The position numbers were made by a program, and so were the translations under genes. A stretch of DNA of 64,000 nt from Octopus sinensis (taxonomy: Eukaryota), in assembly GCF_006345805.1 (NCBI RefSeq), contig NC_043001.1:101556001-101620000 (forward strand). The letters are read 5' to 3'. The notes below the pieces were generated by a model. It worked only from the letters and a program-made list of their open reading frames with translations, did no database searches and had not been told where the DNA came from. This document shows, in pieces, positions 24,768 through 37,225 of this stretch (position 1 is its first letter; every line of letters starts with the position of its first letter).

Positions 24768-25275
24768 ACATCATCATCATCATCATCATCATCGTTTAAC
24801 GTCCGCTTTCCATGCTAGCATGGGTTGGACGATTTTGACTGAGGGCTGGCGAACCAGATGGCTGCACCAGGCTCCAATCTTGATCTGGCAGAGTTTCTAC
24901 AGCTGGATGCCCTTCCTAATGCCAACCACTCTGAGAGTGTAGTGGATGCTTTTTACATGCCACCGGCCCGGGGGCCAGTCAAGTGGTACTGGCAATGACC
25001 TCGCTCAAATCTTTTTACACATGCCACCAGCACAGGTGTCAGTAAGGCAATGTTGGTAACGATCACGCTCGAATGGTGCCCTTTTATGTTCCACGGCACA
25101 GGGGCCAGTCAGGCAGTACTAGCAATGACCTCGCTCGAATCTTTTTACACATGCCACGGGCACAGGTGCCAGTAAGGCGACGTTGGTAATGATCACGCTC
25201 GAATGGTGCCCTTTTACGTGCCACCAGCACCGGCACGGAAGCCAGTTAGCTGCTCTGGCAACGATCACACTCAGT
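24768..25275 (-). mobile_element. RTE 3' end (family C) with an expanded subrepeat array
   Basis: (cat)n tail at left and the family C core. About 64/66-nt subrepeats alternate with a 130-nt period (markers 25003/25133 and 25067/25197). Confidence 0.85.
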
Positions 25276-26072
25276 ACATGATAAGGAGAAAATTCTGTAG
25301 AATTAACCACTTCAAGAACATTCAACACACAAAGATTAGAAGTCAATCAGTAATTTTGGGACCTCAGAAATTTTTAGGGAGCTGAGTATGGTAGAGGCCA
25401 ACAGCAGCCTTGACATCAAAGACTACTGGTTCACTATCCCCAGACATACACACACCATTCTAACAGAAAAGGTTCACCTGTCATGTTTTCTGTTTTATGC
25501 AACAATGCTTCTTGCCAAGTTTCATGAAACTATTCCAAGATTAGAAGGGAAAGAAATGGTAGGGCTTTGTATCAGTCTACTTTTGCTTTTCACTCGTTAA
25601 ATCTCTTAATTTAAGGGAAATGATAATCATATTCAAAGATAGGTGGACTTTTAAACTATTCACTGGTTAGAGAACTCTAACATACCAAATGACAACTTTG
25701 AGGTTTTGTGTGTAACACGAGCACAAAATGTGTCCACAACGTTCTAACTTCAGCACCAATATTTCATATGACATAAATCTTGAAAAATTGGCAAAGTTGC
25801 TAAACGTTTTGAGACACTTTAGCTGTTACTTGTGAAGACACACGTTCCGCTGATGCAAATAGATTCCACATCACCCAAAAGCTAACCCTAGTTAGACTCT
25901 GAGAGTGTGGTGGGTGCTTTTACGTGCCACCGGCATGAGGGCCAATCAGGCGGTTCTGGCAGCGATCCTGCTCAAAAGGTGTTTTTTACGTGCTACCTGC
26001 ACAGGAGCCAGTCTAGTGCCACTGGCAACGACCACGCTTGAATATTGTTTTTCATGTGCCAGTAAGGCAATG

Positions 26073-26128
<56 letters not shown>

Positions 26129-26869
26129 TGCAGCACGGACTTTGTCAGTGAACAGGTCGCGGATTTTAGCGACGAAAATATTTTGACAAATTAAACTTAA
26201 ATGTTGAAGTGAATCGAACGGCTTTTGTGTGTTTCTTAAATGGCTTATAAACACCTTCCACGCTGCAATTATATATATATATATCGTCAGGAAATCATAA
26301 ATCTAAACGAGAAGCACACTCCAAGTTATAAAACAAAGAAATGCTGTAAAGCTAAGTGATTTATGGATGTGAAACCCAGAGTAATCTTGTAGACCGGCTA
26401 TAACTAGCTTTATCTGATATGTGTGTGTGTGTGTCTTTGTGTCTGTGTTTGTCCTCCATCACTGCTTGACCACTGGTGTTGGTGTGTGTTTGCATTCCTT
26501 TAACCTAGCAGTTCAGCAAAAGAGACTGATAAAATATGTACCAGGCTTAAAAAACAAATACAGCTTCAATTCATTGAAAATAACAGTTCTTGAAAGCCAG
26601 AGTCTATTATTAACTGAAGCAGCATAACATTCTTATTTATATATTTTTAAAATTTTCATCTGAATTTATTCAATTATCTAAAACTGGATCTAGATTTACA
26701 ATCTGGTTTAGTTTTCATTGAGCCAAAAGATGAGTCACTTTATTTTGCAATTTCATGAGAAAATTCAATATGCATAAAAATATTCATAAAATGTTTTCTA
26801 CATGCAGTTTTCTTGCTATAAAGTTGCAATATTTCTAACAGATACAGAATTTATGTTAACTTTTGAAAA

Positions 26870-27150
26870 CTTATGTTCAGTTAGGCATGGTTATGTGATA
26901 AAAAGTTTTCTTCCCAACCACATAGTCCTGGGTTCAGCCCTACTGCATGACACCTTGGGCAACTGTCTTTTACTATAGCTTCGAGCTGACCAAAGCCTTG
27001 TGAATAGATTTGGTGGACAGAAACTGAAGGAAGCCCATCATATGTGTGTATGTGTGTTTGTGTCTGTATTTGTCCCCCACTGGTGTTGGTTTGTTTATGC
27101 TTCCATAATTTCGTGGTTTGGCAAAAAAGTGACCAATAACATAAGTAACA
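26870..27150 (+). mobile_element. SINE family B, diverged
   Basis: ggcatggttatgtgataaaaag...gggttcagccc..caccttgggcaactgtctt...gacagaaactgaaggaagccc...tttgtccccc. Confidence 0.75.
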
Positions 27151-27189
27151 AGCTTAAAAGAAAATAAATTTTTGCTTGTTCCTTCTTAA

Positions 27190-27463
27190 GCCACACCTGG
27201 CTCATAAGGGTCAGTTTCCTGGTTTCCTTGGCATATAGGTTCCCCACCGGTCTGTTGCAGATGAGCTGCAAGATGCAGGAGGAAAGTGTGAGAGAAAGTT
27301 GTGGTGAAAGAGTAAGCAGAAGTTTCGCCATGACCTTCAGCCAGAGCCGCGTGGAGCTCAGGTGTTTCGCTCATAAACACACACATCGCCTGGACTGAGA
27401 TTCGAACCTGCAATCCCTCGACTGCGAGTTCACTGCTCTAACCACTAGGCCATGTGCCTCCAC
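27190..27463 (-). mobile_element. SINE family D 5' half
   Basis: gagagaaagttgtggtgaaagagt...gtggagctcaggtgtttcgctcataaacac...gagattcgaacc...gctctaaccactaggccatgtgcctcca matches 34440-34620. Confidence 0.8.
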
Positions 27464-28114
27464 TAGAAGATAATAAGTACTGTGGTCTAATCATACAACT
27501 AAGAAATTCTTCAAGCTGTTGCCCCAGCATGGCCACAGTCTAATGACTGAAACAAGTAAAAGGATGAAAAGATAAATTACCTACAGTTTGATGTCGTTCA
27601 TTCATAATTAAATACATAAACAAGAGAATTTTAAAGTTAGATGCACCCATAAATTTCAGAAAGCGGGGAAAAGAACCTACAAAAACAAAAAAAGAAAAAA
27701 GAACTGAAAAACAAAAAAAAAGAGAGTATTTATTGAATCATTTCGCAGTTAATGCAACAGTTTATAAGACTGCAGTAATTCATAAAAGGACAGGTTTTTT
27801 AAGTTAGTAAATCAGTGATTTACTCACAAGATCTGTTCACTCAATTATCCGTTTCTCTGATATATTTCGGCTCCGTCATTACCAACTGGCAGTTTGTGAG
27901 CAAACAGATATCAATACAACAACCAAGAATCCATGAAAATCACTACAAAAATCTGTAAAGGTATGTTCAAAGATGATTTATCAATAAAAACTGTCTGGAT
28001 TAACATTACCAGAAAATTTTCCAATATAGAATAAAATCTAACAAAGAACAGTAAAAGAAAGCAGTGAATTTAATTATACACTACCTATTAAAAACAATCA
28101 CATGCAAATATATT

Positions 28115-28400
28115 CCGCTAAGAATAACACACATACATACATACACACACACATACATACACACATACATACACACATACATACACACATACATACATAC
28201 GTACATACATACGTACATACGTACACACATACATACACACATACATACGTACACACATACATACACACATACATACATACATACATACATACATACAGGT
28301 ATGTATAGGGTGTGTGTGTGAGTATATGTGCGTTTATAGAGTGATAGATAGATAAACAGACACACAGACACACAGATATACACTCACATGTACGTATGTT

Positions 28401-28439
<39 letters not shown>

Positions 28440-28490
28440 GTGTGTGTGTACATGTGTGTGTGTGTGTACGTGTGCGTGTGTGTGTGTAAA
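28115..28490. repeat. (CATA)n and (TG)n microsatellites
   Basis: Direct reading. Confidence 0.95.
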
Positions 28491-28547
28491 TGGCTGCATC
28501 ACCTAAAATATTCATTTTGAATTGGGGGAAAACATTTGATAGTTTTT

Positions 28548-28950
28548 ATTCTTCTTCCTCCTCCTCTCTTCTTCTTCTTCCTCTTCTTCCTCTCTTTCTT
28601 CTCTCTTCTTCTTCATTTTATTTTTCTCTCTTCTTTCTCCCCTCCTCCTCCTCCTACTCTTTTTCGTCTCCTCTTTTCTTCTTCTTCCTCTTCTTCTCTC
28701 TTCTTTTCCCTCTTCTTTTTCCTCCTCCTCCTCTTCTACCTCTTCTTTCTCCCCTTCTTCTCTCTTCTTTTCCCTCTTCTTTTTCCTCCTCCTCCTCTTT
28801 TACCTCTTCTTTCTCCCCTTCTTCTCTCTTCTTCTTCTCTTCTTCCTCTCCTCTCTTCTTCTTCTTCTTCTTCTCCTCCTCCTCCTCCTCCTTCCCTTTC
28901 TTCTTCTTCTTCTTCTTCTTCTTCTTCTTCTTCTTTTCCTTCTTCTTCTG
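28548..28950. repeat. Polypyrimidine (CTT/CCT)n tract with an internal 64-bp duplication
   Basis: About 400 nt that are almost purely C/T. The marker tacctcttctttctcccc occurs at 28737 and 28801. Confidence 0.93.
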
Positions 28951-29755
28951 TTACAGCAACGTTCACTTGTAACAAATTACACGTCACATTGAAAGGGCCG
29001 CACATCAAACGGAAAAAGGCTTCAAAGGAAGAAGAAGAAAAAGAAGAAGAAGAAGAAAAAATAATTTTAAACAAATTTACCATTGATTAAAATCTTCAAG
29101 GAAGGTTAAATATATCAATGGATTTACCATTAATGGAATTTGGTGAATGAAAGGAGGTATATAAATATATTACAGCGAATAACACAAGACTCAGATTTAT
29201 GGAGGATTAAACAAATAAAAAAAGCATATCATTTGATTAATAAACTAATACTAACCAAATATATTTTCCTGTTAATTTTTTTCATTTTTCTTATTTTTAT
29301 TTCAGTTTTTTTTTGTTTTCCTTTGTTTTTTTTTGTTCTTTGTAAGTTAGAAGAATTATAATTAGCTATATTTCAAAATATTTTCCGTATAATAACTAAT
29401 AGTTCGTTTCAACTATTTCTATCATTAAAAACATGATATAAAAATAAAACACAGCTTCTACTGAACTAATACTTACTTGTTTATTCCTTTCATTGGAGAG
29501 AATTTCTATTGATAAAGAAATAAAATGAAGATATAACCCACCCACTTCACATAGAAAAAAAAATATAAATTTCAAGAGGAAATTCTTCAATACACACAGA
29601 AACAAATCAGTCGAAGTTTGAGGTTATATTCACAACTAAAATTCTCAGTTAAAAGCACCGGTATAAATCAATTTCAAGAATAAAAGCTATTTTATTTCAT
29701 TCGCCTCATTTATTCAGAAATTGATGGCAATATTTTTAGCATTTATATGTATGTG

Positions 29756-29787
<32 letters not shown>

Positions 29788-30644
29788 TGTGTGTGTGTAT
29801 GTATTTTTCTCCCCCACCCCACCCCATTATATTAAATATCTTATTTTCTATTAAATGTATTTGTTATATTTGTTAGATTACATAATGAATATGCATGGAA
29901 ATCTGTCGGAAATTTTAATAGATTGGTGAAAAAGATATCATATACAAACTATATTTTATTAGAGATATTTCAAATAAACATTATCATTATATCTAGACTA
30001 TTTTATCTGCTAGACTATTTTTTTTGTTTGCATTTTGTTTTGTTCTTCTTCTCCTTCTTGCTATTTTTTTTTTCTTTTTGGTATAATAGAAAAAAGCAAA
30101 CACTTATTACGGTTGGCTAATAGTCAATCATAATTTTCAAATATCAGATGTGTGTGTAGTATGTTATAACCAGATATTATCGTTGGTTCTACTTGTTTAG
30201 CATTTCAACCAACTCTGAAGTAATTGTGCTCTACACCATCTTGGCTACAAATTGAAATAGTTCTTGCTTTCTTTTCTCAGAATTCTGTTTTCACAGGATA
30301 ACCTTACACATATTCACGTACACACTGAAATACACACAGAGTCGTTAACATTTACGAAACACACAAATCCTTAAATATATTTTTCTTTCATTAATATTTG
30401 AACCATAGATTAAACAACAAAATAATCACCTAAATTCCTCCATTTAACAGTGTAGCTTCCCTTAAATATTCCTACCATCTTTAAAAACCACCTACTTTCG
30501 GTTCTAAATGCTTTGACATGTTCTGTGCTAATCAGAAGCATGGAAGCAAAATTTGCTTAGGGGCTGCAGTCGCAAGTTCAAACCTTTTTACAAACAAGGT
30601 CGATTTTCTCAATCTTAATATAAAAACAACCAAAGGTGTCATCC

Positions 30645-32090
30645 TTATCGTCATTATTTTAACGTCTGTTGCCCATGCTGGCATGGGTTAGATGGTGTGA
30701 CCAGAGCTGGCAAGTGGGGTGGAGGAGGCAGCACCAGACTCCAGTCTGATTTGGCATGGTTTCTAGGGCTGCTTGCCCTTCCTAATGCCATCCACTTCCA
30801 AAATTGTGTTGGGTGCTTTTACATGGTGTTGCACAAGCACTTTTATTTGGTGCCACATGGGCACTTTTACATGGCATTGCACAGGTGCACTTACATGACA
30901 CCACATGGGTACTTTTACTTATTGCTACATGAGTGCTTTGACATGGTGTAAAGCACTTGTGGCACTGCCATGAGTGCTTTACACCACCTGTGAAGTACAG
31001 GTCTTCTTGAGTATGGCAAGGCACCAGGTATTTCAGTCCTTTGTCATCTCACCTGAAAGGGTCCTGAGGCCATTCTTCAGTATGCCATCCCATGTTTTCC
31101 TAGATCTCCCTCTTCCACATGTTCCATCTACTGGTACTTCTTTATAGAGCTGTCAGCATCCATCTGCATCACTGACCTTACCAGTGCACTCTTCTCTCTT
31201 GCACACAGCAACCAATTCCTCTTATGTCTAACTTCTCTCTCAGAACACTGGCACTCTGTTGAACATGTACACCTACATTACACATCCAGCAGACCATACT
31301 AGCCTCATTCCTCTCTAACCTTTGCAAGTCCCCTGCATTCAGGGTCCACATCTCACTACCACATAGAACTGCTGTCCATATACATGCATCATACAATCTT
31401 CCTTTCACTGAGAGAGAGAGAGAGAGAGAGAGAGACAGTGAGAGAGAGAGAGAGAGACAGTGAGAGAGAGAGAGAGACAGTGAGAGAGAGACCTTTCATG
31501 GCCAACAGGGGTAACAGCTTTCTGAATTTTCTCCAACCTATTTTTATTCAAGCTATCACACTCTCTGTGCATCCTCCCCACCCATTACTAATTTGGTCCC
31601 CTAGGTAGATGAAATTATCCACTACCTCTCATTAGCCACCAGGGCCTTTGAGAGAATCAATTTCCCAAGTTTCTATAGTTTTTAAGTATCCTGTGCATTT
31701 AGAAGTTCCCAGGAGCTGCTGATCTTGAATTCCTCTGTTATGGCCTGGAGAACAATTATGAAAAGGAAGGGACTAAGAACTGCACCTTGATGAACCCTTA
31801 TCTGTACACTAAATTCTTCTCTGTACTCATGGTTAACTCTCACCTTACTGACAGCATTTTTGTACATGGCCTGTACAGCTTTCACCAGCCACTCTTCCAC
31901 CACTAGCCTCCTCAGAGACCACCTTATAAAACAGTGGGGTACTCTGTTGAAGGTTTTCTCTAGATCAGTGAATGCCAGGTATAATGGCTTATTCTTAGCT
32001 AAGTACTTCTCTTGCAATTGCCTGACTATGAAAATAACATCAGTAGTGATTTTTCCTCGGACAAAGCAGCATTTCATCTAGACTAATTCT
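30645..32090 (-). mobile_element. RTE-clade LINE: decayed RT, C-terminus and family C 3' UTR
   Basis: TTDVIFIVRQLQEKYLAKNKPLYLAFTDLEKTFNRVP...RVHQGAVLSPFLFIIVLQAITEEF..WELL; KGRLYDAC...GSEMWTL...LERNEASMVCWMCNV; GRGRSRKTW...LAILKKT. These run on into the family C 3' end. There are deletions and frameshifts. Confidence 0.92.
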
Positions 32091-33440
32091 GCCCTTAATT
32101 GATTGGGCAATAACTCTCACTGCAATTTTCATCATCTGAGGAGTATCATAATTATTATTATTAGTATTATATATGGACATCATTTAAATCAGATGAATCT
32201 AAAAAGTTTTCTACTTTCATTCACTTTGATGATGAAGATTTTCAGGAGGATGTTCAAAGTGCTTTTATTGTACCCCCACTTTCAATATTTTAGTGGGGGG
32301 GGGTCCTTGCACCTCGTAACTTCCTGTCCCAAAGCTGAATTGGTCAAGACTAACAGTCCGAATTATTAGCTTGTCTCTATATTAAATCTGTATAAATAGT
32401 GCTGGATAAAGTTAAACACAAATATTAAGGTTCTTTTCACCCTTCTACAACATTCAATATGTCTTTTTATAGTCTAAAAATATTTGGGGTTTGCTTCCAA
32501 CACCAAAAGAGAACATTATGTGTCTAACAAGACAGGCATTATAATATTCACTTAGTTGGCTCTCATTTATCTTTCCAGCAATTACAAAACCACATACATT
32601 CTCTCAGTCAAAGTATTTATACATCAGCCAATATACAGAATCGTCTGGTGGTTTACTTTTAAGGATTTGTCTGTCTACGTCTGTTTTTCCATGCTGTTGG
32701 CATCATAAGAATGTTATAAAGTTTTGGTAGAACATAGAATAAACATTTTGTTTTTGTCTTTTTGGGGGGAGGGGGACAGATCTCAAAGGATGAATAAGTC
32801 TCCAAATAACACCAAGTAAATATTATTGAGTTGAGAAACCCTTTTGCACAGAACAAGTCAAAGATTGCCTACTGTTTACATGCTATCATTTATAGCATTA
32901 TATGCTTCAAGATCCAATATTGCAAAATGGAATTATTTATAAATTGAGATATTGTTTTATATCTGGATTCCATTCCTGTCATTAATTTATCTGTTTTTCA
33001 AGAAACAGGTTCCTTTATTCTTCTTACCTTTCCAGGGAATCCATTGCATGCGACTATAATTATTTTATGAACTGCAGTTTCTGAAAATTGCTTTATAGGG
33101 AGCAAGTTGAGAAAGTAATAGACATAAATTTCATTTCCTTCATGTTAGAGAAACTGTAGCAGAACTGTAATTTAGAAAAGGATTAATTTAGTTCCCTGCT
33201 TATTAAGCTCAACTTGCTTTAAGTGGCATTAAAATCTACCGCAAACGACACCCTGCTGTCTTAAAAAGAGAGAAAGGACATTCAGACATACATAAGCACA
33301 AAGTCTTACATACACAGTCACAATAAAGGTCAGGGTGGGCATAACTGGAGCACATAGCAATAATAATACAGAAAACAGTTGAATAATTCTGACAGACGGT
33401 GGCTAAATCTACCTATGAGGTACATCATTATTAATGTTAG

Positions 33441-33514
33441 TAAGGCAGCGAGCTGGCAGAAGTATTAGCATGCTGGGTGAAATGCTTAGTGGTATTTTGT
33501 CTGTGCTATGTTCT
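33441..33514 (+). mobile_element. SINE family A head fragment
   Basis: gtaaggcagcgagctggcagaagtattagcatgctgggtgaaatgcttagtggtatttt. Confidence 0.7.
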
Positions 33515-33601
33515 TTGTCTATCTTCTTACCTTCTTGGAGATTTCAGGCAAAATTATACTAATGAGTCCATCTGTTCTAATTTAATTAAATTCCGTCTTT
33601 G

Positions 33602-33687
33602 TGCAGCTGAGGATTGCTCTGCATTTAAATTGATGTAATGGTTGCATTGTTCAATTAAATGGAGTTGCATGAAACTATCATACTGCA
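33602..33687 (+). ncRNA. Type I hammerhead motif with long stem II, probably inactivated
   Basis: tgcag-CTGAGGA-ttgctct...gagttgcat-GAAAC-tatc-ATA-ctgca. It is homologous to 61803-61891, but gatcgta has become tatcata. Confidence 0.7.
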
Positions 33688-33741
33688 TTACCTCTGGATA
33701 TCCTTGTTGCTTACTTTGATATATATATATATATATATATC

Positions 33742-34170
33742 ATCATCATCATCATCGTTTAACATCCACTTTCCATGCTGGCATGGGTTGGTCGGTTTGA
33801 TTGCAGACTGGTGAGCCAGATGGCTGCACCAGGCTCAATCTGATCTGGTAAAGTTTCTACAGCTGGACACCGTTCCTAATGCCAACCACTCCGAGAGTGT
33901 AGTGGGTGCTTATACGTGCCACTGGCATGAGGGCCAGTCAGGCGGTTCTGGCAACAACTACGCTCAAAAGGTATTTTTACATGCTACCTGCACAGGAGCC
34001 AGTCAAGCAGCACTGGCAATGACCATGCTTGAATGTTGTTTTTCATGTGCCATCGGCACATGTGCCAGTAAGATGAAACTGGCAATGATCATGCTTGAAT
34101 GGTGCTTTTCATATGTCACTGGCATGGGAGCCAATCCATGGCCCTGGCAACAATCACGCTCAGATGTGCT
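33742..34170 (-). mobile_element. RTE 3' end (family C)
   Basis: (cat)n, gtttaacatccactttccatgctggcatgggttgg...gccaaccactccgagagtgtagtgggtgc, then subrepeats. Confidence 0.85.
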
Positions 34171-34233
34171 TGACTATCACGCAAAACAGTACAGTACAGT
34201 ATATTTTTTTCATTATTTATATAATTTGTATAT

Positions 34234-34622
34234 GGATGGAAGCACTCCGTCAGTTACGATGACGAGGGTTCCGGTTGATCCGAATCAACGGAACAGCCTG
34301 CTCGTGAAATTAACGTGTAAGTGGCTGAGCACTCCACAGACACGTGTACCCTTAACATAGTTCTCGGGGGTATTCAGCGTGACACAGAGAGTGACAAGGC
34401 CAGCCCTTTGAAATACAGGTACAACAGAAACAGGAAGTAAGAGTGAGAGAAAGTTGTGGTGAAAGAGTACAGCAGGGATCACCACCATCCCTTGCCGGAG
34501 CTTCGTGGAGCTTTAGGTGTTTTTGCTCAATAAACACTCACAACGCCCGGTCTGGGAATTGAAACCGTGATCCTATGACCGCGAGTCCGCTGCCCTAACC
34601 ACTGGGCCATTGCACCTCCACC
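34234..34622 (-). mobile_element. SINE family D, full length, with an 11-bp target-site duplication
   Basis: The minus strand starts ggtggaggtgcaatggcccagtggttagggcagcggactcgcggtcataggatcacggtttcaattccc (tRNA-like A and B boxes). The direct repeat aatttgtatat lies at 34223-34233 and 34623-34633. Confidence 0.92.
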
Positions 34623-34768
34623 AATTTGTATATATTTATTTTATCATAAATGCAAAACAACACCACAGAGGAATTGACATAAGCTTAAATAATTAACCAC
34701 AATAGGCAAACCGCAATATGGTACGGGATTACTCTGTGTGTGGGTGTGTGTGCGTGTGTGTGTGTACA

Positions 34769-34804
<36 letters not shown>

Positions 34805-34830
34805 TGTATATATATATGTACATATATATG

Positions 34831-34880
<50 letters not shown>

Positions 34881-36597
34881 TGTATATGTGTGTCTGTGTG
34901 CCTGAATTTGTCCCCACCACCAACTGACAACCGGTGTTGGTGTATTTATATCCCCATAACTTAGTGGTTCAGCAAAAGAGACACATAGAGTAAGTACCGG
35001 GCTTTAAAAACAGAAGTACTTGAGATTCCGCAAGGCAGTGCCCCAGCATGGCCACAATCTAATGACTGAAACAAGTGAAAGATAAAAGAATAAGAAAAGA
35101 TGGTAAACATTGCAAAAGTCTTCCTGTGAACTTTCTTTTAGATATTCGGTCATCATGGGAAGCTGCAGTGTAGAACTAAACTGCTTTTGAGACAAAGTGA
35201 TATACGCCACAACATACACCACAACACTTATATAACTTAATAATATTCCATTGACAGCATATGCATAGGATACAAAATAGTTTCACATATCTCAGAGGGA
35301 GAGATGTGTGACTGGAGTGTTAGGAAGAGGAACATTTACTGAGTGAGTAAAAATTGTTATTAAATTAATTGCAGCACTCTTTGACTAACATAATTAATTG
35401 AATCCATTCCAAATATGTAATTTACTAAATTAAACCACATGGATTTAATTTTACTTTTATTTGCTGTTGTTGTTGTTGTTGTCCTAGTTGTTGTTGTTGT
35501 TAATACAGTTTCTTTTTCTAAATCTCGCAGTAACTGTCAAATCTTAATCTTCAGCATCGGTTTGTGTGCTTAAACACCATATTATCAAATATTCAAACTA
35601 CTTTACTTTTCCACTAATAATTTGTGATATAATACAGAGTTTCTTGAGGATTTCTATGGCCAGGCACCGGCCATTCATTAACTGAAATAAGGATTGCTAT
35701 CATGTTGCATAGTTCTATGATAAAGAGTGAGGAAGACAAGCACTTCACATTCCTCTTTGATTTGAACCATTCATCATTGCATTTTTTTCTTTAGGTTGGA
35801 GTTGTAGCTATTTTCCCCTTATTTCCTCTTCTTCATCCTCAGAGTTATTACTTTATTAAAACACTCAACAAGAAGTTACATTTCCAGCCAAGAAAAATTC
35901 TATTTATTGCGATCTAGAATTAGATTTAATATATCTAAAATATTTAACTAACACAACTATTCAATTATGCTTCCGACTAATGCAAACATCCATGCATATA
36001 CAGATACTAACACACACACACACACACACAGAATCACGTGTGTGTGGGTGTGCAAGGAGATAATACAAACTGAAGCCGATGAAATTGTCGGTGATATTAC
36101 TAATAGACAGCCATTTGGTTAGTCAATGATTGACAGGTTGTCACCAGTTGTGCTTACAGCTCTTAATAACTCCAAGCTTGTAATACACAAAAGTAATAAA
36201 ACTGTTCCATTTGTTTGTAGAACTCAACTACATCCTTGAGGAAAGTCCCCTGCAATTGACTGTCTTCCTATCCTGGGTGAAATGGGCCCCTAAACTACAA
36301 AGTATCACAGAAATCCAAGATACTGCTTAGACCAGAACACTGCAGAAGTCTGTAAAAATAAAAGCAAAGAAATAAATGCATTAGCTACCATGAGGCGACC
36401 TCTCGTGTGAACTTGTGGTGCCTATGAGCACTCCTGTTTCTATCTCTGGCAGAAGATAATCATGTGATTTGTCTGTTTTCCTACTTACTAGGACTTTGGT
36501 TTTTACTGAATTAGCTCTAAGACCCTTAGATTACAAACCTTGCTTCCACTCCTGAAATTTTATCTCCAGTTCAGGTAGTGATTTAGCAATAAGAACA

Positions 36598-36966
36598 AGG
36601 TCATCAACATAGAGGAGTTTCCAGGGGCATACAGTCTTGAATTCCTCTGTTATGGACTAAAGGACTATGATACACAAGAGAGGACTGAAAAGTTAGTAGG
36701 GGTGCAAATTTTGATTTTGCACCCCACAGAAATTCTAGTGGAGGTGCACTTGCACACCCTCCATCCCCTGTTATTGGGCCTATGCTAGTTGCAGCATTGC
36801 CCACCAGATAAGGGGGCAGGGGACCCTACCAAAAGCTTTCTCCAAGTCAACAAAAGCTAAGTACCGAGGTTTATTTTTGACCAAGTATTTCTCCTGCAGC
36901 TGCCTTACCAGAAATATAGCATCAGTGGTGCTTCTCCCTGGCACAAAACAAAATTGCATCTCTTCA
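36598..36966 (-). mobile_element. RTE RT fragment with an internal deletion or insertion
   Basis: EEMQFCFVPGRSTTDAIFLVRQLQEKYLVKNKPRYLAFVDLEKAFGR (about 36825-36965) and IIVL*SITEEFKTVCPWKLLYVDD (about 36600-36672). Confidence 0.88.
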
Positions 36967-37044
36967 TCATTAGTTGAGCTATAGCCCTAACATATTTCAG
37001 TTATTTAGGTTTTGGCCAAATATCAGATTAATTCACTTACTTAT

Positions 37045-37225
37045 GCTTTTAAACATTAAGCATGAAAACTCCTTCGTATGCAGTCACTGCATGCATGACT
37101 TCCATTCCCGTGTGGGCGTCTACAGCCACAACAAACTCTGCACCACCAGCAGCTGGCACAATTTCTTTGGGCACAGATTCATGATCTCTCAAGACCGATG
37201 ACGGATGCCTACTATTACTATTACA
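37045..37225 (+). mobile_element. 3' end of a second RTE family (C-terminal zinc-finger-like motif)
   Basis: SFVCSHCMHDFHSRVGVYSHNKLC resembles the C..C...F.SRIGL.SH...C terminus of RTE/BovB-type ORFs. It is followed by tctcaagaccgatgacggatgcc and a short (cta)-type tail. Confidence 0.65.

Noticed and set aside
34540-34622. tRNA-like sequences here and at 59081-59160 and 23845-23935
   Set aside because: They are SINE heads. They continue into repeat bodies, have multiple diverged copies, and lack a complete cloverleaf and terminator.
36699-36725. GC-rich hairpin ggggtgcaaa…tttgcacccc
   Set aside because: It is a short isolated hairpin in an insert within an RTE fragment. There is no U-tract or context supporting a terminator, and no second copy in the window.
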